DNA of 63,860 nt from Candidatus Nanoarchaeia archaeon (GTDB lineage Archaea > Nanobdellota > Nanobdellia > Woesearchaeales > UBA12501), in the NCBI GenBank assembly GCA_035289005.1, contig DATDYN010000017.1, positions 1 to 63,860 on the forward strand, written 5' to 3'. The notes below the pieces were generated by a model that was not told where the DNA came from, searched no databases, and saw only the letters and a list, made by a program, of their open reading frames with translations. The number at the start of each line of letters is the position of its first letter. Positions within the stretch are counted from its first letter, which is position 1. Of the stretch, positions 1 through 9,228 are shown in pieces. Position numbers and translations under genes: made by a program.

Positions 1-854
1 CGAGGGCAGGGATCAATTCTTACCTTGAAGGATTCCTGCGCGAGGAGAACATGCGCTTCAGGCCTGACGCAATAAGATTCGTCCCTAAATCCTCGATAAG
101 GAAGAGAGGGGAGACAGTCCTTAACCAGTGGAACAATGTGCGCAAGAAGCTTGGCAATTTCTGGCTTGAGACCGGAATCGGCGAGATAAAATTAGAACGC
201 ACCTGCGGCATTGTAGGAGAGAACGGCATAGGGAAGACCACTTTTGTGAAGATACTCGCGGGAGTGATCGCTCAGGACAGCGGCACTGTCGCGAAAAGCA
301 TCAAAGTCAGCTACAAGCCGCAGTATCTTGAGTCTGAAAGCGATAAATTGGTAAGTGAGCTATTGCGGGACGCAGTCTCGAAATATGGGGTCTCGATAAT
401 CAATCCTTTAGGCGTTGACGAGCTCATGCTCAAGCGCTTGAATGAGCTGAGCGGCGGAGAATTGCAGAAAGTCTCTATCGCGCTTTGCCTTTCCAAAGAG
501 GCGGACCTTTACCTTCTTGACGAGCCTTCAGCATTCCTTGATGTAGAGCAGAGATTGACAGTCTCGAAAGTCATTCGTGATCTCATGGAGCAGCGCTCGA
601 CTTCAGCATTCGTTGTTGACCATGACTTGCTGTTCATCGATTATCTCTCTGACGACCTTATCGTTTTTGAGGGCAAGCCAGCAGAGCATGGCTCAGTCAC
701 TGGGCCTTTTGCCGTTCCTGAAGGTATGAACAGGTTCCTAACGGGCCTTGACATAACCATGCGCAGGGACGAGGAGAGCCACAGGCCAAGGATCAATAAG
801 CCGGACTCGCAGATGGACAGGAAGCAGAAAGCTGAGAATAAGAGGTATTACTGA
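1..854 (+). CDS. abcE1: ABCE1/RLI ribosome-recycling ABC ATPase, C-terminal part (5' end outside window)
   Basis: The frame is open from nt 3 (RAGINSYLEGFLREEN-MRFRPDAIRF), so the listed Met at 51 is internal. Second ABC cassette: Walker A GENGIGKTT, signature LSGGELQK, Walker B LYLLDEPSAFLD, H-loop VVDHD. Confidence 0.9.
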   Translation, partial: RAGINSYLEGFLREENMRFRPDAIRFVPKSSIRKRGETVLNQWNNVRKKLGNFWLETGIGEIKLERTCGIVGENGIGKTTFVKILAGVIAQDSGTVAKSIKVSYKPQYLESESDKLVSELLRDAVSKYGVSIINPLGVDELMLKRLNELSGGELQKVSIALCLSKEADLYLLDEPSAFLDVEQRLTVSKVIRDLMEQRSTSAFVVDHDLLFIDYLSDDLIVFEGKPAEHGSVTGPFAVPEGMNRFLTGLDITMRRDEESHRPRINKPDSQMDRKQKAENKRYY

Positions 855-908
855 GAGCGAGATATCTTCTTCATCTGATCATCTCTGATTCCAATGCGAT
901 TTTATTGT

Positions 909-1649
909 TCAGATCTTCCTCAAGAATGTCAGGAATCCAGTATGCCCTAACCCTTTGAAGTCAGGCCTGCAGCGCTTGCCTTCCAATATCCATTCTCTCT
1001 GGAATATCTCGACGCTCTTCAGCACCAGTAGCCCTTTCTGCCGCGCGGCGTTCACAGTCTCTAAAGCCTGAGTTATGTGCGGCGAATAGCAAACGACAAA
1101 AGCTCCAGGAATGCCTATCTTCTTCGCTGTGTCAAGAGCGTTCCAGGGCTCTGGAAGGTCCATAGTTATCACTTCAGCATTCTTTTCAGTGATAGCTTCC
1201 GGATCATAAGCGTCAGCTTTCTCGATAGTGAGATTCTTCAGTTCCAGCAATTCGATGTTCTTCTTGCCTGCGGCAATGCTGCGGTCATCGACATCATAAG
1301 AGACCACTTTCTTAGCGACAGAAGCGATAGAGCAGCAGAGCGCTCCAGAGCCTGTGCCGAGATCAACAACAAAAGAATCCTTAGTCATCCCTGTCTCAGC
1401 GATTATCAAGCCGATATCTTTAGGGGTTATTATCTGCGCGTGCCTGTTGATCCTCTTGAACAGGTCAGAGAATGAAGGCTCGACAAGAGTGAATATCTCC
1501 CCTTTTGTAGTCGCGACAGTGTCTCCTGGCTTCGCGTCTTTCATCTCTGCGGCGCGGAACATCCCGTTGTTGGTGTGAGCGTCTTTGGATATATCAGCTA
1601 TAAATACTTCTTTGCCTTCTTCAGATAATGCGAGCGCCGATCCTTTCAT
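909..1649 (-). CDS. trmI: tRNA (adenine-N1)-methyltransferase, TrmI/GCD14 family
   Basis: 246 aa. SAM motif VVDLGTGSGAL, MDLPEPW motif and C-terminal RPDFKGLGHTGFLTFLRK are typical of TrmI/Trm61. Confidence 0.8.
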   Translation of the reverse strand: MKGSALALSEEGKEVFIADISKDAHTNNGMFRAAEMKDAKPGDTVATTKGEIFTLVEPSFSDLFKRINRHAQIITPKDIGLIIAETGMTKDSFVVDLGTGSGALCCSIASVAKKVVSYDVDDRSIAAGKKNIELLELKNLTIEKADAYDPEAITEKNAEVITMDLPEPWNALDTAKKIGIPGAFVVCYSPHITQALETVNAARQKGLLVLKSVEIFQREWILEGKRCRPDFKGLGHTGFLTFLRKI

Positions 1650-1718
1650 TGAGGCTTCCTCCGTGATGATTTAGCATTTGCGATTTCATGATACCAATCT
1701 TTTAAAATGTGCTTAGGC

Positions 1719-4700
1719 TTATCTGTTTATCTTCTGCTCAGTCCAGGGAGCGTTTTTATCAGATCCAGATTCAAGAGGCTTCTGGTTCGGAGTCTCGTAA
1801 GAGGTTTCCTTCTCCGCAGAGGCTTTATCAATCTTTTCTTCAGGCGCAGTCTCGCTAATATGCTTCTGTCCTTTAAGCAGCTCTGCAACTATCGCCTCTT
1901 CCCATCCAGCGCTTATCAATGCCTGCTTTATCTGCTCGTCAGTCATCCCGCTCTCTCTTGCCTGCTTGAGATACTGCTCGACTTCTGAGATCTTTGAAGT
2001 GAAGCTCACAGAATATCTCACCCCAGCTATGAGAAGCGCTGCGGCTATGAGTATCAGGGCTATCCCTCCGACCCATTTCAGCACAGTCAGCCCTATCCTT
2101 CCTGCCGCTGTTGCCGCGTTCCTAACACTTTCAGGAATGATCGAAGGTTTCTCTTCAGAAGGCGCCATCTGTCCTGCGTCTGGAATCGGCGTCTCCGTGA
2201 CTTCAGGGGCGGCCTGAGGCGTCTCATCTGTCTTTTTGCCAAGCGGTTCGACATTAAGCACTGCTTGCGATCCCCTTATCTCTTTAAGGGTTAAGCGCAG
2301 GTCAGCGCTTCCGTCATTCCCATAATCTATCTCTTTGCTTTCGTTGATCCTTAGCTCGAAAGTCTGCGGCTCTGACCGCACAGTTATCCTTACCTTGTTG
2401 AAATATACCTTTTCAAGGGTCATGTAATGCTGTTCATTGTTTATTGAGAACTCCATCCTTGCATTTAGCGATAATATGACTTCAGGATTCTGCGCTAAAT
2501 CCTGAGTGAATGCGCTTGACTGCGTGAATCCTGCCCCTCCGCCCCCTGAACTGCCCCCAGTGCTGAAGCTTTTTGCAGCGCACACTCCTCCTTCATCGAT
2601 GATGCCATCACAATCATCATCGAACTCATCGCATCTCTCAGTCGCTCCAGGATAGATCTCAAAATTATTGTCATTGCAGTCATAGATTGTGAAGTATCTG
2701 TCGCCATCCTTGTCATCGTAAGGCTCACTCAGGTTGCCGCAGCTTCCAATCACCCTATAACTCAGATTGATATCCTGATTGTAATAATTCCCGGTGTTAT
2801 TGACGCAGAATGAAGAGGCAGTCCCAGAATTGTTGACTCCTCCGCTGAGGAAGTTATTCGCCCATACATTTGTGCTCTCTGCAATGCTGCTGATGAACAG
2901 GTCCTGTCTTCCGCTAGATATGTTGCTGAAGCTGCTTCCTGAGATGTTCGTATTAAGCCCATCTATCCGTACATTATCTCTCGAAGATGAACCAGTGAAT
3001 GAGGAATTCTCTATTATCATCCTGTCTGAAGACAGGTTCACAAGCAAGCCTTCGCGGACATTCGCGGACGAATTGATGTCATAGAATCTAAGCCAGTAAG
3101 AGCTTATCAGGTTTATCCCTCTCATGGAGGAATTCGTTATTTTCATATCCTTGAAAGTGATATTTGATGAGTTGTAGACTAGCAAGCTGTCTCCGGCGCT
3201 GTCTGAGAGATTTATGTTGCTGAAAAGGCTGTCATTAATAAGGAAGAGATAGATCTCATTGGTGCTGCTGAGGAATCTCGAGTCTTTCACGGTATTGCTT
3301 GAAGAATTCGTGAAGTTCAGGCTCACGCTGAAGTCGCGAAATACGCAGTTCTGGACAGAGGAGGTGTTGCGCTGCCTTGAGAATATCCCTGTCCCTGTGT
3401 TTGTCCCGCTGATCTCAGAATTGGCGCAGTCTATTGTCTGATTGGAGGCGTTCATGCTTATCGCAGGGATCATCCCTGAAGGAGAGATCCTGTACTTATC
3501 CTCTCTGGCGAACGTATACTTTTTGTTCGCGTCTATGAGAGTTATTGTTATTGCTGTGTTGTTCTCTCCATCAAGGGCGGAGGTTATTGACGCATATTCG
3601 CATGCTGAAGCGTTAGAGCATACCTGCTCATTGTCGACGATGCTGAAATTCGCGTCAAAAGTCAGCTGATTGTTAGCTGTATCATTGACATACACAGTAT
3701 AGTTTATCTCTCCCATATCCGCAAGATTATCATTGGCAGTGAAATTCATCTCCCAAGTGCCGTTATTGCTGTTTCCGTCAAGGAGGCGTGTCTGTCCATT
3801 GATTATTATGCTGCCCGCGCTTCTAGTTGTCTGCCAGACAGTCAGACGCACATCGCTTATCCCGCTTATGACATCAGTGATGTTTGCCCGTATGGTTATA
3901 TTGCTCCCTGCGCGCGCAGGATTTGAAGGGGTGATCTTCGCGTTATCACTCATTGTCTGATTGAGCAATGTCAGTGACGGAGCTGTATTGTCTATCCCGA
4001 ACAGGTCGCTCGTGTCATTGGTGGCATTGTATGATGAATCATAAGCTCCGAGCAAGAGCCTGTAATTGTTTGATTCAGGCAAGGCATTCACTGTCCAGGT
4101 GTAATGCTGATTGGTTGTCGATCCTATATCTGTCCAGAAATCTCCATCTGTGGAATATCTCAGGAAGTAGCTCATCGCTGTCTGGCTTGACTGGTTCTTC
4201 CAGGCAATCCTGATCTGGGTTGTGTGGTTTGTGTTGATTGTCGGGAAAGTTATGTTTGCGGCGCCGCAGTCATTCAGCGCATTGAGCATGTAACTGGCGT
4301 TCAGCGCGGCAGCGTAGAAGTTTCCTCTATTCTCCCCTCCCTGAGCGATGCAGAACGCCGTATTTGTGCCGCTGTTGTTGACTCCTAGCGAATAGAACCT
4401 GTTCAGCCATACTGTGTTGTTGCCAGAGGAAGAGCTGTCAACCGATAAATCATCATATCCTGAGTAAGTGCTCTCAATGGCATTCCCTGTGATGTTGTTC
4501 CTGTCTGAAGCGGTTATTCTTATCCCTCTTGTATTGTTCAAGGTATTGTTAGCCACAATATCCTGATTTGAGTTGTTGAGCAATAGTCCTGAAGCCTGCG
4601 CGTTCTTGATGCTGTTGCCGCTTATTGTGGTGTTAGTTGTTCCATTGATGATTATAAATGCCGAATTCGCGCTGCCAGTCATGTTATTCATAGTGTTGTT

Positions 4701-7700
4701 TTTTACAAAGCTATTGTGCGCGCTTTCTAGGAATATTCCGTACTGTGACGCTTGCGTGACTGTGTTATTAGTGAAGTTCAGCTGGTAAGAGGATATCGCG
4801 TACATTCCGATAGTGTCATTAGAGACATTATTTGTTATCATCCTGCTCTCATTGCTGTTGTTGAGGAATATTCCGTAATTGTACTTCTGCACATTGCAGT
4901 ATTGTATGGATGCATTATTCACGTTCTCAGCGCTGATCCCTTTGCTGTCCGCGAATCCTGCGCCGATTATGATCGAACTGTTGCAGTTCAGGGTTATATT
5001 TGAGGCATTGAGTATTATCCCTCTCGGATTGGAGATATTGTATGATTCTGCTTTCAATATGGTGTACGTGCGGTCATTGTCCGTCAAGGTTATGTTCTTC
5101 CCTGTGCTGTTCTCGCCATCAAGCGCTGAAGTTATGTTCTGGTATTCACAAAGCGCGCTGTTGGAGCAGACGAGCTGGTTGATCGGATTTATCGTGAATA
5201 CGCTTCTGCTCCTGTTCTCTGTCGCGTTGGCAGTTGAGTCGAAAGGTATTATGCGGATGAGATAGTCGTTCTCTGCCGGAAGAGAAGCTATGTTCCAGGA
5301 ATAGTTCGCCGCGCTCACTGTCGCGATATTCGTCCATGAAGTCCCAGAGTCATGAGAATAGGACAGGTAATAAGAGATGCTGTTCTGGCTGCTCTGAGGC
5401 GTCCAGTTTATCTGCACTGTCGAATTCCTCAGGAATGTTTGGCCGTTGCTTGGAGCGGTTATGTTGATCGGGCCGCACTCTCCAACTCCTTTGCTGAAAG
5501 TCACAGCGCTCGCTAAGAAATTACCAATCCCTTCCCTGCAATAATTCAGTGAAGAATCCTGTCCTGTCATGTTAGCGTTGTAATAATAATTGTTGAGCCA
5601 TAAGACAGCGTTTGTCCCTGCCAAATCACTAATGAATCTTACGCTATCTCCAAGCTCATAAGTTTTGTCAATGAAAGTGTTTCCGCTGATGTTGAGCGAG
5701 AATCCAGTTGTCTGGACAAGAATATCCCCGTTATTCTTCTGTTTCGCATTCCGCACATAAGGCGGATTCACATCACCTTGCATAACACTTATGGTTTGGT
5801 TAGTGACGTAAGCAGGATTGATAGTGTAATTGCTACCCCCATTAGCGACCCAGTAATCATCCTGATACCCGTAGCAGCTGCCTCCATACGCTGCGCCAGC
5901 AGTAGCGCAACTCGTGCCATAACCCATCTGAACATATATAGTTCTTATAGGCAGTCCAGCGGTTGGGGCGTTAACGCTCCACCTGCTGAAATTACTAACC
6001 CCATCAAATAAGGCGCTCACGTCAGTATCATTAGCGCTTATCGTTATTGCGCCACCTAAAGCGCTATTGAGAACTACTGGGTTTCCGCCATTCATCAGTG
6101 TCCCGCTAACATTAGTCCTGCTGTAACTCGCCAAAAACTTGCTCGCTTCATGGTCATTATACCTGAAAGTGTTATTATAAATATCAACCCTGCCTCCAAC
6201 ATTATGAATCAGGCGCAATCCTTCAAGAGTGTTATTCTCAAAAATGTTATTCTTCACAGTGCTGTTGACATTCAAGAAATAAAGACCTGTGCCATTGATA
6301 TAGCTGAAACTGCAATTAGTCACATTATCATTACCCCCATCATTCGCGAAATGCAGTCCATAACTCGTGCCGTCAACAAGATTAATATTGCTGATATTGA
6401 TGAAAGAAAACACGTCATTGCTCACTCCAGAACTAAGACTTATACCATAAGTCGAGATGTTATTAATCATTATCTTACTGAAATTACTATCACCTGCATT
6501 AGTAATGCTGACTCCCAAGATTGTCCCATCAAAAATGTTAATATCTTTCACAGTGCTGTTATGACTATTAAGGTAGAATATTGTAGAACTCCCAGTCATG
6601 CTGCTCGCGTTAAAATTGCTCAAAGAGAAGCTCTGCCCCACACCAGAGATACTGCTCATCATCAATGGAAAAGCAACATTAACAAAACCGATATTCTTAA
6701 TCGTGCTATTATGAACGCTATCATCACTCGCCCCACCAACAAAATCAATACCTACGTCATTCACGCCATCATCACCGTAGAATGCTGAGTTATTGAAATC
6801 AATGTAGGTGTTATTCACACCATCCTCAGTAAGTTGAACAATATGGCTAAGGAAATAATAGCTTGATGCTGTAGTGAAGTTCTCATTTATCGCCTGATTC
6901 ACCTGGCATGTGTTCGCCGTGTTGTTCTGCGCGAGCAGGCACGCTTCCAATGAGGTATAATCCCCTCCGCTGCTGTTTATGAAATACTGCGTGAAATGCT
7001 CTACTGAGAACACGTAATGCGTAGGGGTTATCTCTATCTTGTTGAATGTCTCATTATTGTTTTTGTACTCAACTGCCGGTCTGAATTCGGTCTCATCATC
7101 TTCTTTGATATAAAGCTGTGGCAATGTCCCTATCGCCGGGATTCCTGTGTGGGGTATGCTTATTGTCGCTTCGGTAATGTCTACGCTTGGCGCAGTGATC
7201 GTTCCGTTCTCATAAGTGATCATGTTAAGAAGTGAAGGATTTGCCCCTTCAATCGTTATCTTCACTCCCTGCTCTTCCATCTCGATGATATCTTCCCTAT
7301 TCCCTCTCCTATCGATTGATTCTCTCGGACGCATCTTGTCCTTTGTGAATTCCACCCTTGCATTCAATACGCGCTCTTCTTTTCTTGCTTCCTTCTCTCC
7401 TGAGAAAACTCCCTCCGCGGCAGAATTATCGCTTGCGTTTGTGGGGGTACGCAATGCCGCGGAGGAGTTTTGAACGTCATTGGCTTCTTCAGAGCCAGAA
7501 GCATTAGTATCCTCCTGTTCAGGGTAATTTCCGGATTCATCTTGGCTTTCCTGAGTTGGTTCTTCAGGAATCTCAGAATCCGTGTTTTCAGCAGGTTCTA
7601 TCGCGTTTGTCTCTTCCTTAAGCATCTCTTCATCCCCTCCATTTTTGCCGGAAGAATCCTCGACATTGAAATATGCCTTTAGGTTTTCTCTCTCCCCGTT

Positions 7701-7991
7701 CCTGACAAGTTCGGCATTTATTGTGTACTTTCCGCTCTTGTCTACGAAGAAAGTTATCCCGTTAGCCATCAGCTTACCTTCAGGATCGATGACCTCTATA
7801 GTGTAATCTGCAGTGTCTTCCGGAAGAAGCAGCTGCACCATATCCCCTATGATATAATCGTTCTTGTCAGTGCGCACTGAGCCTGTATCTATGACTGCGA
7901 AGCCTGTCATCCCTATTATGCCGAGCATGCCTGTGGCAAGTATAATCGCGATTATTCCTGCAGCGATCACTTCAAGGGTTGGGTCTTTCAT
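1719..7991 (-). CDS. Giant (2090 aa) doubly membrane-anchored surface protein with parallel beta-helix repeat modules; adhesin-like
   Basis: Uninterrupted ORF with an N-terminal TM (VIAAGIIAIILATGMLGIIGMTGFAVI) and an acidic linker. Three blocks of beta-helix-type repeats are very rich in N-x-S/T. Two module starts are near-identical (QLVCSNSALCEYQNITSALDGEN / EQVCSNASACEYASITSALDGEN). Two related ~75-aa units are present (INWTPQSSQNSISYYLSYSHDSGTSW / IAWKNQSSQTAMSYFLRYSTDGDFW). There is a D/C-rich motif DKDGDRYF..CNDNN..IYPGATERCDEFDDDCDGIIDEGG, a second TM (IGLTVLKWVGGIALILIAAALLIAGV) and a cytoplasmic tail. The start ATG overlaps the upstream stop (ATGA). Confidence 0.85.
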   Translation of the reverse strand: MKDPTLEVIAAGIIAIILATGMLGIIGMTGFAVIDTGSVRTDKNDYIIGDMVQLLLPEDTADYTIEVIDPEGKLMANGITFFVDKSGKYTINAELVRNGERENLKAYFNVEDSSGKNGGDEEMLKEETNAIEPAENTDSEIPEEPTQESQDESGNYPEQEDTNASGSEEANDVQNSSAALRTPTNASDNSAAEGVFSGEKEARKEERVLNARVEFTKDKMRPRESIDRRGNREDIIEMEEQGVKITIEGANPSLLNMITYENGTITAPSVDITEATISIPHTGIPAIGTLPQLYIKEDDETEFRPAVEYKNNNETFNKIEITPTHYVFSVEHFTQYFINSSGGDYTSLEACLLAQNNTANTCQVNQAINENFTTASSYYFLSHIVQLTEDGVNNTYIDFNNSAFYGDDGVNDVGIDFVGGASDDSVHNSTIKNIGFVNVAFPLMMSSISGVGQSFSLSNFNASSMTGSSTIFYLNSHNSTVKDINIFDGTILGVSITNAGDSNFSKIMINNISTYGISLSSGVSNDVFSFINISNINLVDGTSYGLHFANDGGNDNVTNCSFSYINGTGLYFLNVNSTVKNNIFENNTLEGLRLIHNVGGRVDIYNNTFRYNDHEASKFLASYSRTNVSGTLMNGGNPVVLNSALGGAITISANDTDVSALFDGVSNFSRWSVNAPTAGLPIRTIYVQMGYGTSCATAGAAYGGSCYGYQDDYWVANGGSNYTINPAYVTNQTISVMQGDVNPPYVRNAKQKNNGDILVQTTGFSLNISGNTFIDKTYELGDSVRFISDLAGTNAVLWLNNYYYNANMTGQDSSLNYCREGIGNFLASAVTFSKGVGECGPINITAPSNGQTFLRNSTVQINWTPQSSQNSISYYLSYSHDSGTSWTNIATVSAANYSWNIASLPAENDYLIRIIPFDSTANATENRSRSVFTINPINQLVCSNSALCEYQNITSALDGENSTGKNITLTDNDRTYTILKAESYNISNPRGIILNASNITLNCNSSIIIGAGFADSKGISAENVNNASIQYCNVQKYNYGIFLNNSNESRMITNNVSNDTIGMYAISSYQLNFTNNTVTQASQYGIFLESAHNSFVKNNTMNNMTGSANSAFIIINGTTNTTISGNSIKNAQASGLLLNNSNQDIVANNTLNNTRGIRITASDRNNITGNAIESTYSGYDDLSVDSSSSGNNTVWLNRFYSLGVNNSGTNTAFCIAQGGENRGNFYAAALNASYMLNALNDCGAANITFPTINTNHTTQIRIAWKNQSSQTAMSYFLRYSTDGDFWTDIGSTTNQHYTWTVNALPESNNYRLLLGAYDSSYNATNDTSDLFGIDNTAPSLTLLNQTMSDNAKITPSNPARAGSNITIRANITDVISGISDVRLTVWQTTRSAGSIIINGQTRLLDGNSNNGTWEMNFTANDNLADMGEINYTVYVNDTANNQLTFDANFSIVDNEQVCSNASACEYASITSALDGENNTAITITLIDANKKYTFAREDKYRISPSGMIPAISMNASNQTIDCANSEISGTNTGTGIFSRQRNTSSVQNCVFRDFSVSLNFTNSSSNTVKDSRFLSSTNEIYLFLINDSLFSNINLSDSAGDSLLVYNSSNITFKDMKITNSSMRGINLISSYWLRFYDINSSANVREGLLVNLSSDRMIIENSSFTGSSSRDNVRIDGLNTNISGSSFSNISSGRQDLFISSIAESTNVWANNFLSGGVNNSGTASSFCVNNTGNYYNQDINLSYRVIGSCGNLSEPYDDKDGDRYFTIYDCNDNNFEIYPGATERCDEFDDDCDGIIDEGGVCAAKSFSTGGSSGGGGAGFTQSSAFTQDLAQNPEVILSLNARMEFSINNEQHYMTLEKVYFNKVRITVRSEPQTFELRINESKEIDYGNDGSADLRLTLKEIRGSQAVLNVEPLGKKTDETPQAAPEVTETPIPDAGQMAPSEEKPSIIPESVRNAATAAGRIGLTVLKWVGGIALILIAAALLIAGVRYSVSFTSKISEVEQYLKQARESGMTDEQIKQALISAGWEEAIVAELLKGQKHISETAPEEKIDKASAEKETSYETPNQKPLESGSDKNAPWTEQKINR

Positions 7992-8290
7992 AGCTCTATG
8001 AACGCTCCTTTCTTCTCTTTCTTGTACCTGTCAACAGCACTATCGATGTTCTTCTGGCTGATGCCCGCAGCTTTTGTTTTGCTTTTCAGCTCTTTCAGCA
8101 CAGGATCATCAGTAAGCAGTTGTCCGTCAGTCATTTTTTTCAGAAGTATCCCTTCATTTGTCAATATAAACATCCAGAACGCGCTTCCTTCCTCTATCCC
8201 TAGCTCGCGCCTTATCTCTTTAGGTATGACTATCTGGCCGCGGCTGTCGCACTGCACTGCTCTGGGGTATTTCTTCATCTTGCTCTTCAA
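7988..8290 (-). CDS. AbrB/SpoVT-family DNA-binding protein, translationally coupled to the giant surface protein gene
   Basis: 100 aa. N-terminal swapped-hairpin motif AVQCDSRGQIVIPKEIRRELGIEEGSAFWMFI. The stop overlaps the downstream ATG by 4 nt. Confidence 0.8.
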   Translation of the reverse strand: MKSKMKKYPRAVQCDSRGQIVIPKEIRRELGIEEGSAFWMFILTNEGILLKKMTDGQLLTDDPVLKELKSKTKAAGISQKNIDSAVDRYKKEKKGAFIEL

Positions 8291-8307
8291 TCTGTGAATG
8301 TCAGCTT

Positions 8308-8345
8308 ATCTGATTATCAGATGATTATTCTGAACATAAGAATAA
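8308..8345. promoter_or_regulatory. Two palindromes between a TATA-like box and the abrB-like start (candidate operator)
   Basis: ATCTGAT-T-ATCAGAT (8308-8322) and TTATTCT-N6-AGAATAA (8325-8345). The minus-strand TATA-like TTTATATA lies at about 8347-8355 and the ATG at 8290. Confidence 0.35.
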
Positions 8346-8492
8346 CCTATATAAAGCTATCTAAAATCCACTGAACATCTTTAAATTGACAAACCCCTTA
8401 AGGGAAGCTAGGTCAGGTTTTCGTGAAAGAAAGCTTCAAGTTCATTCGCACTCTAAAGAACATTTAAATATCTCGCGCTCTTTCCAGCCTTT

Positions 8493-9203
8493 ATGGCAGC
8501 AAAAGATACATTCCTTTTAGTCTCATTGGAAGAGAGCAAGGCGAAAGAGCTTGCGCAGGTCATCTCTAGCGATGCGTGCAGGAAGATCCTTGACCATCTC
8601 TCTAAAGCGGCAGCGACAGAGACAGAAGTCGCAGCAGTATTGCAGATGCCTCTCTCTACAGTCCATTATAATCTGAAGAATCTTGTGCAGAGCAATCTTG
8701 TCGAGACCAAAGAATATCATTATTCTGAGAAAGGGCGGGAGGTACTGCATTACTCTCTTGCTAACAGGTACGTCATCATAGCGCCTAAAGGAACCACTGA
8801 GAACTTCAGGGAACGGCTGAGAAAATTCCTTCCAGTCATTGCAGTTATAGGCGCAATCTCTTTAGTGCTGCAATATCTCCCTAGATTCATTGGCAGAACA
8901 AGCGCTCTTAGCTCAGGAATAAGCGCGAGCAAGGCAGCGGTCTCTGAAGCGGCAATAGCTGCGGCACCATCAGCTGCAGATTCAGGGCAGGAAATGCTGG
9001 CTTCAGCCCCTTCAGCTTTTAGTGCAACTGCTGATACAACCGCTCAGACAGCCAATACTCTCTCAGGAACCGCGTCCTCTAATCCTTCGATAGGCGTCTG
9101 GTTCGCGATAGGAGCAGCAGCGTGCATGCTTATCATGATATTGATTGATCATTTGAGACACAGAAAGCAAGCAGCCAACAATAGCAATCAGAATAACGAA
9201 TAA
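8493..9203 (+). CDS. ArsR-like winged-HTH protein with C-terminal membrane anchor
   Basis: N-terminal wHTH (CRKILDHLSKAAATETEVAAVLQMPLSTVHYNLKNLVQSNLVE), two hydrophobic segments (LPVIAVIGAISLVLQYL; VWFAIGAAACMLIMILI) and an Ala/Ser-rich linker. Confidence 0.6.
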   Translation: MAAKDTFLLVSLEESKAKELAQVISSDACRKILDHLSKAAATETEVAAVLQMPLSTVHYNLKNLVQSNLVETKEYHYSEKGREVLHYSLANRYVIIAPKGTTENFRERLRKFLPVIAVIGAISLVLQYLPRFIGRTSALSSGISASKAAVSEAAIAAAPSAADSGQEMLASAPSAFSATADTTAQTANTLSGTASSNPSIGVWFAIGAAACMLIMILIDHLRHRKQAANNSNQNNE

Positions 9204-9228
9204 AGACAGCATAAAATGGAGGCCAATC

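Noticed and set aside
6150-6788. 212-aa plus-strand ORF (and many 60-130-aa ORFs) antisense to the giant surface protein gene
   Set aside because: It lies entirely inside the 2090-aa minus-strand ORF. The translation is low-complexity (I/N/T-rich), reflecting the complement of the N-x-S/T-rich codons. There is no start context or motif.
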